The notes beneath the pieces were generated by a model. That model had not been told where the DNA came from. It ran no database searches and saw nothing but the letters and a program-made list of their open reading frames with translations. Positions 42,801 to 57,800 of a stretch of DNA of 64,000 bases are shown here, piece by piece. The DNA is from Blastocystis sp. Blastoise (Eukaryota; Protista; Bigyra: Opalinata): the NCBI GenBank assembly GCA_039096225.1, contig JBBPEB010000013.1:1426001-1490000 (forward strand), written 5' to 3'. Positions within the stretch are counted from its first letter, which is position 1. Each line of letters starts with the position of its first letter. The translations under genes were made by a program, and so were the position numbers.

Positions 42801-45800
42801 GAATGGTAAATATAATATATGTGCTCGTTTTACACCTGAAGATAATTTTGTTTTATTAAATAGTTATATATTAAATGTATTAGGTGGTATAACATTACTT
42901 AATCCTCCTACTAGTTTTATTGCTGGTGAATCTTTTTCATTAACATTTGATGCTCCTGAAAATTTTATGACTTCATTAGATCAAGTTTATTTTGTTAATT
43001 GTGATAATTCTGATTATATTAGTGATACTATTATTATAGGTGATTCTTTTAGTGGTACATTTAATTTAATATATGGTGGTAATTATGATTTACATTATAT
43101 TAGTATATATGGTGATATAGTTTATTCTAAATTAATTATGGTTTCTGATATATCAAAATTAGATATTAATTCATGGTATAAACAACTTTTATTACCTTCT
43201 GAAAATAGTATTAAACAAACTAATTTAGAAATTGAAGGTTTTGGTTTAAGTAATAATAATATGTTTAAATTTATATTAGAAAGTGAAACTTGTGATGCTA
43301 TACATACTGAATATAATATAATTAAACAAAATAATCATTATTATAGTAATAGTAATATAGATTTTAGTAGTTATAATGGAAATAAAGTAATTTTATGTTA
43401 TAAATATACTACATCTGGATCTTATATTCGTTATGATAATATTTTTATTAATTTATATGATACAATTACTATTCAATCTTTAAGTGATAATTATCCTATA
43501 GTTGATATTATGAATAATAATGAAAAACAATTATCAATGTCATTTATTGGTACTGTTGGTATATATAATGATGAAATGATTCAAATTGTTGAACAAGATG
43601 ATGAATGTACAACAACAGGTAATCCTATAATTCGTAGTACTCTTGTACAAATATTACCTGGTAAAGTATATTTTGATTATATTATTGATGATAGTACTAC
43701 TATTAATATTAATAAACTTATAAATGGACATGTTTGTTATTTTATAAATAATGAATGGATATCTCTTAATACAATTACATTTAATGAAAAATCTTTATTA
43801 TTTGAGAATAATTATTATGCTAGTAAAGATAATGATTTTAATATTATAGTTAATAATAGTCAAAATGGTGAAATAATGAAATGGATAGAATCTACTATGA
43901 ATTGTAATTTTGATAATAGTATTATACAATCTGAATGTATAGATAATAAATTTATATTTAGTGCTACTAAACAATCTTATTCTAATTTAATATTATGTTA
44001 TAAATTTGAAAATTCTAATTATTATGTTCCATATAAGAATATTCAATTAGATGTTTTTGGTATGGTTAATTCTTATAGTAATACTTTAATTGAAGGTGAA
44101 CATCTTACAATGTTATTAGAATTTAATACTTATATTGATGAATTTAAATTTTGTATAAAAGATAATGAAAATAATATAATATTAGGTAATACTATAAATA
44201 GTAATATTTATAGTGCTTCAAGTGATACCTATGAATATGAACTTATTTATGATGGTAAATCACCTTCTATAATAAATAATAAGCTTAATATTTGTACATT
44301 ATATAAGAAATCAAGTCAAAATACAATTGTTGATTATATTTTAGATTCTTCTATAATATTAAATTATCGTTCACTTCCTATATTTACACAAAATAGATTA
44401 ATAAAAGGTTATAATAGTATGTTTTCATTTAATGGTATTGGTATAAATTCAAATGATAAGATTCGTTTAATTGATTCTGAATTATCTAGTAATAAAGTAA
44501 CTGAATGGATTAATCCTTCTATATTATCAAATAGTAATAATAATGTTAATGCTCAAGTTAGTATAAAAGTAGAAACTACATCAATTGATAGTGGTATATA
44601 TATTATAGAATATTGTATGTCAATTGAAAATTATGATGGTTGTCGTATTAAACAAATACCTACAAGTACTAAACAAGTTTATGCTTTTAATTTAGAAGAA
44701 ATTCAACCTAGTTCTATATTTATTACTGCTTCTACAAGAATATATTTAAGTGGTAATGGATTTGATACTCATGATAGTATAAAACTTGTTCAAAGTTCAT
44801 CAAATTGTGATAATCCTATATATGAAACATTAGTTGAAAATATTAATTTAGAATATTATTTTACTGTAACTATTAATGATAATGTAAATAAACAATTATA
44901 TATTTGTTATAGTATTCCTAGTTTATCTAATACTATTAATACTGGTAAATATATTAATCTTGTATCATTTAATGGTTTATCTATAAATAATATTTTAACT
45001 GATTCTATATATCCTTTAGTTGAAGTTGAAGGTGAAGGTATTAAAGAAAATGATAAAATAAAATTTTTAAATAAAAATCTTGCTGATACATATCATGATT
45101 GTAAAATGTCTGAATCTGAAATATATAATATTGAATATAATAATGAAAAATATATTATTTATAATATTATTCTTCATTATTCTGGTGAATATGTTATATG
45201 TTATAAGAGTGAAGATATGGATTATGTTATCATAAACAACGATTATAAATTAAATTCAATATCATCTTATGCTAAATCTGATGACCAATTTGATTTTATC
45301 GTAGATTCTAATTATTTAGAAACCTTTAAGGTCAGTGTTTATGGTTCGTTTACATTATCTAATTTACAATTTTATTGGATATTAGATAATGAAACACATA
45401 ATAAAATTATGAGTATAACCGAGAGCGTTCAATCAACTACTAGTAGTATGACTTTAACATTTACTACTGATAATAGTATTGAATTTATTGGTAAAGCATG
45501 TTTATTTGTAGATTTTATTGATTATGATAATGCTTCAACTCCTATATTTGATAATAATAATAATAATTGTATTTATTATATTTCTAATAATAATAATAAT
45601 AATGAAAATATATATCATTTTAAGGGTATAGTTGGTTCTTCAGAAAATATTATACTTAATTCTAAATATTCATTTATTGAATCAGTTAAATTTATTAATG
45701 ATAATAATATTATATGTGGTAGTATTGAAATGAAAGAATCTATTGTTTCTTATGATATTATTACTCCTAAGACTTTTGCTTATATATATACTAATGATGG

Positions 45801-48800
45801 TTATAGTGGTAAAGTTTCTATATTTGATATGACTGTTATAGGTATTGAATCTATTAATGATTTTGTTGCTATATCTAAAATGCCTATTAGTTTAACATTT
45901 AATGGTATTGGTATACAAGATAATGATATTGTTTATATTACAAAAGATTATACATGTAATGATATTTTAAGTTCTAGTATAGTTATAAATTCTATGTCAA
46001 GTATTACTATAGATGGTGTTTATAATAATTTATATATTTGTTATGAATTTATAAATTATTCTAAATATATTATATATGAAAATCTTCAAGTTACTTCATT
46101 TAGTGATACACTAATTTTTGTTGCTAATAATGAATATAATATTGATTTATCATTTATTCAAGGTAATACAAATACTTGTCCTGGTATTGAAAAACAACCT
46201 ATTACTTATGATGATTGTGATCATTTAAGTTCTAGATTATCTGGTTCAGTTAGTAATTTATTTGATCATAATGAACAAACTGGTCTTATATTTGGTTCAA
46301 TTAATAATAATAATAATAATAATAATGGTATAAATATAAATAATTGTAATAATAATGATATTAATTATCCTCATTGGTTTATTGTAGAATTTAATGATTG
46401 TATGTCTATTTCTTCATTTGATATTTATCTTACTGGTACTCAATTAGATCCTTTATCAATTACTTTAGAATCATCATTATATGGTAATTTATTATTATGG
46501 AAAGAAATTGTTACTATTGAATTTAATAAAGTAAATGAACCTGGTTATATTTCTTCATTACTTTATCATAATGCTTTCCGTACTAATGGTAAATTATATA
46601 GATTTAAGATTAATTCTAATCAAGGTGGTGAATTTACTCGTATATTTGAAATGAGAATAAAAGCTACTGAATGTCAAGATAATAATATTGGTTCTCCTAT
46701 TTATACTAAATGGATTAAACAAGAAGAACAAAATATATCATCTAATTCTAATATAGAAATTGATTGTACTAAAGCTGGTATTCAAAGTACATTAGGTGTT
46801 TGTTCTATGTCAGGAAGTGTTACATTTAATGAACAAGGATTATATTCTTTATGTTTATATAGAAATAATAATTGGATGTATATTTCTTGGTATGAAGCAT
46901 CTGTTTATGATATTACTAGTGTTGAAGGTCTTAAAGAAATTCCTATTGGATCATCTCAAAAATATACATTTAATGGATATATATTATCTCAAAATGATGA
47001 AGCTGCTTTTATTCCTATAAATGATGAATGTAATAATAATATTATATTAAATAAACTTGATGAAAATTATTCTATTAATCAAATATTTAATGGTGATATT
47101 GGTCAATATAAATTATGTTATAAATTTAATAATATTGATAATGTTGCAACTATGTCTAAATTTATAATAGAAGTAAAAGAACCTATTATATCTAATATAA
47201 TACCTTTTGATATATTAGAAAATACAAAACAAATAATATATATTTATGGTATTGGTTTAAGTATAAATGATAAGATATCATTTGATAATGAAAAACTTGG
47301 TTGTGAAAATATATCTGAAGATAAATATATTAATATAAATAATTATGATAATGGTTTTGGTATATCAAGTGAAAATATTCCTAATGGTATTGATATGACA
47401 ATATGTTATTCTTTTAGTGGATTATCTGGTCGTACTATTACTAGAGCTAAAATGAGTGTTCGTTCTATTAATTTATTTGATGAAACAAATATTGAATTTG
47501 CTGTAAATTTCCCTAAATCTTTATTATTTACAGGTTCTGGTATTGAAGAAGGTGATTCATTTGTATTTATAACAAGTTATCAAGATTGTTCTGATGAAAC
47601 TAAATATATTAGTGATATTTATTATATTACAACTCTTTCTATTAATAATGAAGATCAATATGGTTCTATTATTACTTTTACTACTCCACTTTCTGGACAA
47701 ATATGTTATCATTTTAAGAATCAAAATAAATATATTAAAGTTAGTGAAACAATTCTTACTTGTAATTATCCTTCTGTTACTAAAATAACTCCTAATCGTA
47801 TATTTGTTTCTCAAGATAATAATTTAATATTAGAAGGTATTGGTCTTTCTGGATTAAATACTAATGAAAATTCTTATATACGTTTTGTATCATCTGAAAA
47901 TAAAGATATTATAGATTGTAATAATAATATTATTAGTATTAATAATAATAATAATGATATAATAGTTAATTATGAAAATAATAAATATAATATTAATGTA
48001 AATTTCCCTATTAATACACCAGAGAATATTTATATATGTTATAAATTTAGTGGTCTTAATGATTATATTGCTCAAAGTATATCATTTATGGTTACTAGTA
48101 TTTCTGATATAAATCCAAAGACACTTGTTTATAATATACCAATGTCTATTGTTTTTAATGGTAATAATATAATTAATGAAGATATTATTCATTTTGTACC
48201 AAATGGTGAACAATGTGATAGTGTAAATGCTATTATAAGTAATATAAATGAAAAGACTGCATTAGTTAATTTTAATATGTTACCTACAAATTATTATTTC
48301 TGTTATTATATTAATAATTTAGTTTATATATCTGATATTAATATTGAAGTTAATATACCATCATTTATAATTGATTTAGAAGGTAGTAATATATCTACTG
48401 TAATTGGTTATGAAACTACTTTTGAAATAGAAAATAATAATTCTGCTATAGTTGATGGTGATTTAGTTTCATTTACTTATGATTCTTGTGATAGTCCTAT
48501 TATTAATGCTGTACGTGTTAATAATAATAAATTTACTATGACAATAAATGAAATTGTAGGTAGTTCAATATTATGTACTTATCAAAGTAATGGTAATACA
48601 AAATCAAAATATAATAATGTTATTTTAAGTGTTAATTCTGTAATAAGAACATCTAATACATATATTTCATATAATAATATAGAACTTATAACATTTACTG
48701 GTATTGGTATTCATTCTGGTGATTTTGGTTTCTTTGGTGATAATTGTTCTGATGCTAGTAGTCGTTATAGTAATATATTTATAATAAATGAAGATAATCA

Positions 48801-51800
48801 AGCTGAAGTTAATGCTATTAAACCTGGTTTAAACATACCATTATGTTATGCATTTAATAGATTTAATTATAAATTATATTCTAATATAACTTTATCAGTT
48901 CGTTCTGTAGATAATATAGAAATTATTAATGCTTTTGATATAAATAATATATATAATAGTAAGATAACAGTAAGTGGTACTGGTATAGGTTCTTCTATTT
49001 GTTCAGTTTCTAATGAAATTACAAAAGATAGTTATTGGATAAATAGTTTAATTTCTGGTACTACTATAAGTAATATGGATAATATATCTATTATAGATAA
49101 TTTATATGAAGATAATACAAATTATATAAATATTATGAATAATGAAGCTATTATAGAAATTAATTTAGCTAGATGTCAATTAATTGATGAAATTAAATTT
49201 TATTTTATGGATGAAGAATCTGTAGATAATATTATAATTAGTTATTCTAAAGATAATCAATATTATACTTTTGGTGAAATTCAACGTAAGAATATAATAA
49301 ATGAATATATTTCTAGTGGTACTATTAGAAAACAAACTCAATCTATTCGTTTAATTATTTCAAAAGATAATGTATCTAATATGCATATGGGTAAAATATC
49401 TATATTTAGTTCTGAATGTTCTAATAATAGTATTATGAAGATTATTAGTAAAGGTTCTGAATGTAATACATCTATTTCTTCTGAAATTATTAATACTATT
49501 GATATAAATGATTGTGAAGCATCTACTTATGCTTTATTACCATCAAATGAAGAATTTAATATTTGTTATAAATTTTATGGTGAAAATCAATTTTATAGAT
49601 ATAATAATATTGTTAGTGTTAATAGTATTACTAGTTATAAATTTATTGATGGTAATGAAAAATATATACCTATAGGTTTATATAAACAAATATATATTGA
49701 TGGTACATATCCTGATAATACTGAAATAAGATTTATAAAATATGATATTTCTGCTACATCACTTGATTGTTCTAATATAAATACAATAGTTAGTGATGAT
49801 TCTATATTAGTTAATAAAATAACTAGTATACGTATTAATAAGAATGTAGAAAAAGTATTATTATGTTATAAATTCCCTGGTTCTACTTATGATTTATTAA
49901 ATCTTGTTATACCTACTAATTATGTTGAATTAGAAAAAGATTATATACTTTATAATTCTATTAGTATTGTATCATTTAATGGTAATAATATGAATAATGT
50001 TAGATTACGTTTAACTCAATCTGATGAATGTATTGATGGTTATACTGCTACTGCTACAACTCTTTTACCTAATATAATTACTTTTAGAGTTAATCTTATA
50101 GCTGGTCAATGGAATATTTGTGCTTTATATTCTGATGAACAAGAATATATGTTAAATGATAAATTAAATATTATTCAATTATCTTCTATTACTCCTAATC
50201 AAATTAATACTAATATATTATCAAAGATAAATGTTGAAGGTATTTTCTTAAATGAAAATGATTCATTATTTATTACATTATCAAATCAAAATTGTGAAAA
50301 TATTGATTTATCTAGTGTTACTATTTATAATAATAATATAGATAATGAATATGAAATATTATTAACACATAGTGGTACATATAAGATATGTTATAAATAT
50401 TCATTATTAAATGATAATATATATTATGATTCTAATTTAAGTATAATATCTGTTGAATCTAATAAAATTACTATATCTCCATCATTCTTTATTCCTGTTG
50501 GTACTGATAATCAATTTAGTATAATTGGTTCATCTATATCAAAATATGATAAAGTAAAAATTGCTTCAAATTCTTGTAATGATGTATCATTAATTGATGA
50601 AGTTTCTATTATTGTAGATAGTCTTACTGAATCTCATTTTATTATAACTAATACAATTTCTAATAGTGAATATAGAGTTTGTTATAAATATAATCAAGGT
50701 GAATATTCTGATGATAATTCTGTTATAATAACAAGACGTCAAGTCCGTTTTGGATCAAAGATGAATGCAATTGTATCGAATACTGAAGGTGTACATACAT
50801 TTAATAATATTATTTGTGAAAGTCCATCTTGTGATGAAACCCATACATATTTTGCTGTATCTGCTTCTTGTTATACAGAAGGTTTAGAATATTTACCATT
50901 AACTAATGGTATTGTAACTTTACCTATTGATGAATCTTCTTCATTATTATCTATTTGTGTTAGTTTTACTGATTCTATATATAAATATGCTATGTCTAGT
51001 AATATTAAAGTTGTTAATTTAAGTGGTTTTTCTATTAATTCTTGGATTTCTGGTTATAGTTATCCTAATGAATATTCAATTGATAATCAACCATTTACAT
51101 TTATGGGTACTAATTTAGATAAAGATGATTATTGGTCTATTGGTACTACAACTGATTGTACTTTACATGATTTCCAGAAGGTTAAATATAATGAAGCAAC
51201 TGGTTTTACTTATATAGAAACTTTACCTGCATTTAATATAAATGAAGATACTATTTATTATTTCTGTTATAATTCGATTATAGCTAGAACATCTGAATAT
51301 GTTGGTTCATTAACAATTTTTGTTAATGAACATAGTATATCTTATAATGATATAAATACTGTTATTACTGAAAATACATATAAAACTATTAAATTTACTA
51401 TAAATGGTCCTATTACTCAAACTAAAGATAATTCACTTATATTTACATCTTCTTCTGTTAGTGATCCTATTATTATTCCTATTACTACAAATGAAGTTGA
51501 TATAACTATACCTGTTAGTGATGAACCATTTGAAATATCTTTAAAGAATTTAGGTATAACTAAATCTCTTAATAAATCTATTTGGATACAAAAATTTGAA
51601 CAATTAAGTATAAATAATCAAGAAATAAAAGATATTGCTGCATTACAATCTTATACTATTGATGTTAAAGGTTATGGTATTAAATCTGGTGATAAGATTC
51701 GTTTAGTACCTATAACTGATATTACTTGTCAAGATAATAGTTTAGAATATAATGTAAATGAAAATAAACAAATTGATTTATTATTTAATTCTCAATCTGA

Positions 51801-54800
51801 AAGTAAATTAATGGTTTGTTATAAATTTAATAATAATAATAATTATGTTGCTTATGAAGATTATATTGTAAATATATTAGGTTTATCTTCAATTGAACCT
51901 ACATATGCTCAAGTTAATGTTAAGACTACTTTTTATATTAGAGGTAGTGGTTTATCTACTAAAGATTCACTTACTTTTATATTAAATAATGAAGATTGTT
52001 CTAATGTTGCTAGTAATACTTGGGTACCATATAATATTAATGGTATTATATATACTTTTACAACATCAGCACAATATTCTTTATGTTATAAATATAATAC
52101 TGGATCTATTGTAAGACCTGATATTAGTATAAATGTACGTGGTATTGAAGTTTCTTCTACTTTATCATTTGTTAAGAATGTTGAAAAGATAATTAGTTTT
52201 AATGGTCTTGTAATAAATGGTGATAAATTAAAGTTTGTACGTGATACTTGTGATGAAACTGGTATAAATGTATTACATAATAATGAAGAAGTTACTGAAT
52301 TATTATTAGAAGAAGAAACAAGTGTTACATTTACTAAAGCATCTAGAAATATAAAATTATGTATTTTATATAAAGAATCTATTGAATATATTCCAATGAG
52401 TTTAAGTGTTGATATTTATAGTTCTATTGAATTAAATAGATATACTTGGTTAAATAATGTAGATATTAATTTATATACTATATTAGATGATAATTATTAT
52501 TTAAGTATTAATGATTATGTTAGATTTACTTTAGATAGTGATAGTATTTCATATTCTATTGATTCTAGTATTATTGATGAACAAGGTCATTTATCTACTG
52601 TTAAATTTGAATATTCTGGTGAATATACTATATATTTCTTTATTTCATCTTTACCTCAATTAGTTACATTAGATACAAAGTTTATTGTTGAAGAACAATC
52701 TATACGTATTGATACTACAAAATTCTTTAATGGTATTATTACATCTAATGAACCTAATAAGATTAATGATATTTATATACCTTTAATTGGTACTCTTAAT
52801 TATATTATTGGTACTGCTCGTTATGTAATTAAAGGTGAATCATGTGATATTGAAGAACCATTTGCACAAATTCGTATTGCTGGTTCTTATGATTGGATTT
52901 TACAAGTTATTGGTTCTAATGAATATGATTTCTGTTATAAATTTGGTGATAATGATGAATATAAGAAATATGAAGAATTAGCTATATCTATTGCTAGTAT
53001 TACTGGTCCTGAAAATGTTATACTTAATTTAAATAAAGAAAATATAATAAAATTTGAAGGTATTGGTATTAAAGAGAATGATCAAGTTATGTATACTCCT
53101 AATAATAATTGTAATATAAATAATAATAAGAATATTGGTTTAAGTATTATTGATAATAATCATGAAGCTCATATAACAATTAATACTATTGATTATGAAT
53201 TAATTAATAATTATAAATTATGTTATAAATTTAATACAAATTCATGGATATTATATAGTAATTATACAATTCAACCTACTGGTATATTTGAATTAATAAC
53301 TAAAAAGACTTATATTAATGAAATATCTTATATTGAATTAAATGTTCTTAATTATGATGAAAGTGATAAATTATTATTTAGTCCTATACAAAATGATTGT
53401 TCTAATGATAATATAATTATATCATCATTTGATGGTAAGATTGCTCGTTTACAATTTACTTCTATTGGTAATTATTATATTTGTTATTCTAAAGGTTCAA
53501 ATATAATATATTATGATAATTTATCAATTGAAGTTGAATCTATACCTGAAAATAAGAAGATAAATTTATTACAAAATACTAATAAACAAATTATTATAGA
53601 TGATATATGTGATATGTCAAGTATAACATTAATTGAAAGTAATATTAATGGTATTATTAGTAGTAATACTGAAAATAATAATTATCTTATAGATAATAAT
53701 AAATATACTTCTATTAAATTTACTGAAGATAATTCATTTATTCAATTATCTTTAGATAGTATACAATCTATTTATAAGATATCAATTTATTTAGGTATTC
53801 ATAGTAATGAAGTACAATCTATGAAAATATATATTTCTGAAAGTATTTCATCTGGTAAATATTTATTCTTTGATAATACTATTAATATAACTGAAGAAAA
53901 TGAAGGTTGGTATGATATTATTTCTGAAAATAATATGGCTATTCTTGGTAAATATATTTTAATTAATATATTAAATAAAGATCAAGTTATTAATGATATT
54001 AAAGTATATGTTTTACCTTCTATAAGTGAACCTAATTATTATGTAAATTTCTTAACAACTGATAATTCTCAATGTAATGATGATAATAGTATTCCTATTA
54101 TTCCTTGTACTGGTATGATTAATATGAATAATAATATTATAATAAATAATAATTCTAAATTATGTGTTAAGAATGTAAATAATAATTATTGGATAAAACA
54201 TAATGAAATATCTATATCTAATATAGAAGTTAGTTATAGTTTATCTACTTTAGAATCAAATAAATTATCTAATATAACAATTTATTCTAATTATATTCAA
54301 TATATTGAATCTCTTTATTTTTCAACAAATGGTTGTATATCTAAATCATTTGATGCTATAAAAGAAAATGATTTATGGTATGTTAATTTACCTAATGTTG
54401 ATATTGATACTGAAGTAAATATATGTACTATTTGGAATTTACCAAAGTCTATTTCTATATCAAATGTGTTTGTAATAAAATCTCTTAATAATAATAATAA
54501 TGATAATAGTAATGATGATACTATTACTATTAATAATAATAGATTAAGAAGAATGCAAACAATTGATATACAATTAAGTCAAGATTCTATTTTAGCTAAT
54601 AAAGAAAATATTATTTCTGTTAATGGATTAAATGAAAATGATTCTATTATATTAGTTTCATCTAATAGTTGTATTGATAATGTTATTAATACATATATAG
54701 TAGATTCAAATCATAATATAAATATTAATATAGATAATACTTATAATAGTGTAAATATTTGTTATAAATTAAATAATGAAGAAAATGCTATATTTACTTC

Positions 54801-57800
54801 ATCTATATTAAATATTTATGATATTCAATCAATTAGTGAAACTATATTTACAATAAATAATGAATATAATGTTACAATAAATGGAAATAATATACATGAT
54901 AATGATATGATTAAATTTGTTCCTATTACAATTGATTGTAATGATGAATTAGCTATTCAATATAATCCTATAAATATAATAAATGATAGCTTTATATATA
55001 ATCCTAGAGTACCCTCTGATTTATTAGTATTATGTTATAATATAAATAATAAATATTATAAGATTGATTCTATTAATATTCAAGTAAATGAACATAATAT
55101 AATTAATGATATTACTTCTTCAGAATTCCTTAATATTGCTTTTGTTAATATTACTAAGACTATAGAATTCCCTATTGATGAGCATATTGAAGAAGTTGGT
55201 TGGATTTTAGCAGAAAGTATTGAATGTTCTATTGATAATTTCTTACATATAACTCAAATACCTGAAAATAATGTATTTACATTTATATTTACTGAAGTAT
55301 ATACTGATTTGATTATGTGTGTTAAGAGACAAGATAGTTCAATTTATTCATATTATAATGATATAAGTTTATCTGTTGTAAAGATGAATTCTATAGAAGA
55401 ACCTGAATATATTATTAAAAATAATAATGAACTTATTACATTTGATGGTGAAGGTTATATGAATAAGACTTTAATTAATATATTCTTTGTTGATTCATCT
55501 GATGAAACTATAATAACAAATAATTATTGTATAGAATCTTATCGTATATCTAATATTGTTACTATTAAAGAGAATATGGGTTCATTTATAATATATAAAG
55601 ATACTATAAAATCTGGTATTTGTGTACAATATGAAAATTCTAATTGGTTATATTATAATATTAATATACCAATTGTAAGTATTGAATCTAATACAGAAAT
55701 TATAGGTCTTAAGAATAAACCTATTGATATTCAATTTAATGGTAATAATATGAATATTTTCTGTCCTAATACAAATATTATAAATCTTAATAATAATAAT
55801 AATTTTATAAATGATGTACGTGTTAATTGTGAACATTGTAATCAAAATATTTATACTTTATCTGATTTAATAGATACTTCTGATATTAATATGTCATTAA
55901 ATAAAGATGAATTTAGTATTATAGAATTTAATTTAATAAATAAATATACTATTAATAGTATATCAATTTATTATGGTGTTGGTATATCTACTTCTCCTAA
56001 GACTATAAAAGTATATTATATAAATGATAATGATGAATATATATATTCTGAAGAAATTATAAGTATAATTAGTCAAGATGAAGTACATACTATTATACCT
56101 TTAATTACAAATAAGATTCGTTTAGAATTTATTGATAATTTTGCAAATGATCTTGATGAAGTATCTGCTAAAAATCAAATAACTTTTAATAGTATTCAAT
56201 TTAATGGTTATGTAATGCCTATAGATCATACAATAAAATATGTTATTAATGCAAATAATGATAATGATTGTGATTTATTACCTTCTATTTCTATGAATAA
56301 TAATAATGGTATAATATCTTCTTGTACTTTAACAAATACATTTATATTTACTGAAGGTGTTAATAATGCTATGTTATGCTTTAAGTATGGTAATAAGCCA
56401 TTTAAATTATATCCTAATAATAAGTTACAAATAATTGATGTTACAGGTTATTCTATTATAAATAATAATAATAATAATAATTATAATGTTGGTTTATCAT
56501 ATGAATTAAATTTAGAAGGTTCTTCTTTAGAATATATAGAATCTTTCTATTTTGTTAATGATAATGTTAATAATGATGATGAATGTTTAGATGAAATTAA
56601 TCAAGTTAGTACAAAATCTATAGTTGTTGGTGGTGCATCAACTATTGAATTTATAAAGCCTGGTTATGCTAAATTATGTTATATAGCTCGTGGTGGGGTT
56701 GTATTACTTAATACTCCTAAGATATATATTTATAATATTCAATCATCAATTAATTTTATTAATGCTAATATAGAAACGGTTATATCTATTACTGGTTTAA
56801 CAAATTATAATAGTTATATTCGTTTATATAATAAGAATGAAAATAATCAAGATTGTAATAATAATTATAAATTAGCTAATTATGTTGATAATTCTGTAAC
56901 AGTTAAATTATCTGCTGGCTTATATTCTATGTGTTTACTTATGGATAATAAATGGATTATGATTGATTCTTTAAGTATAATTTCAAGTGAAATAACTTCA
57001 ATGAAACCTCAATTTGTTACTAAATCACAAGAATCTATTATTCATATTAATGGTTATGGTATTGAAGAAAATGATATTGTTAATATAGTTAATAATAATA
57101 ATTGTGAAGATATTATTAGTACTTCTATAATTGATAAAGAAAATAATGTTCATTTTACAATTCCTAATACTATTTCTGATGATTCTATACTTTCTATATG
57201 TTATAAATTACATAATCAAATTATGATTAAATCTCCTATTACAATAACTGTATCTATTCCTTCTGTAAATATTTTGAATAATGAAATGTTTGTAAATAAG
57301 ATAAGTAGAGATATTAATAGTAATTCTATATCAATATTTAAAGGATTATCTGTATCAACATTTGATAAATTTAGTATTGTTAATAATGAAGAACAATGTA
57401 ATACTGATAATTTAGAAAATATTATGTATAATGAACAAGATGATTACTATTATGTTATTATGAATACATCTTCTGCTTCATCATTTAAATTATGTTATTA
57501 TTATCAAGGTACTCTATTTATTAAAGAACAAAATTATTATATTATGGGTTATAATAATGTTATAATAAAATCAATGATTGTAAATCAAAATACTTGTATA
57601 AATATGGATGTAGAAAATCCTAATATAAATTCTTTTATAAAAGTTGAATCATTATATAATTCTAATGAATTTGTAAACTTTAATTATCAAAATAATAATG
57701 ATAATGATCAATATTGTGGTATTGTTAATTTTGTTGGTCCTATTATAATGAAATTATATATAAGTGAAACAAGTAATTATGAAGTTATTGGTGAAACATA

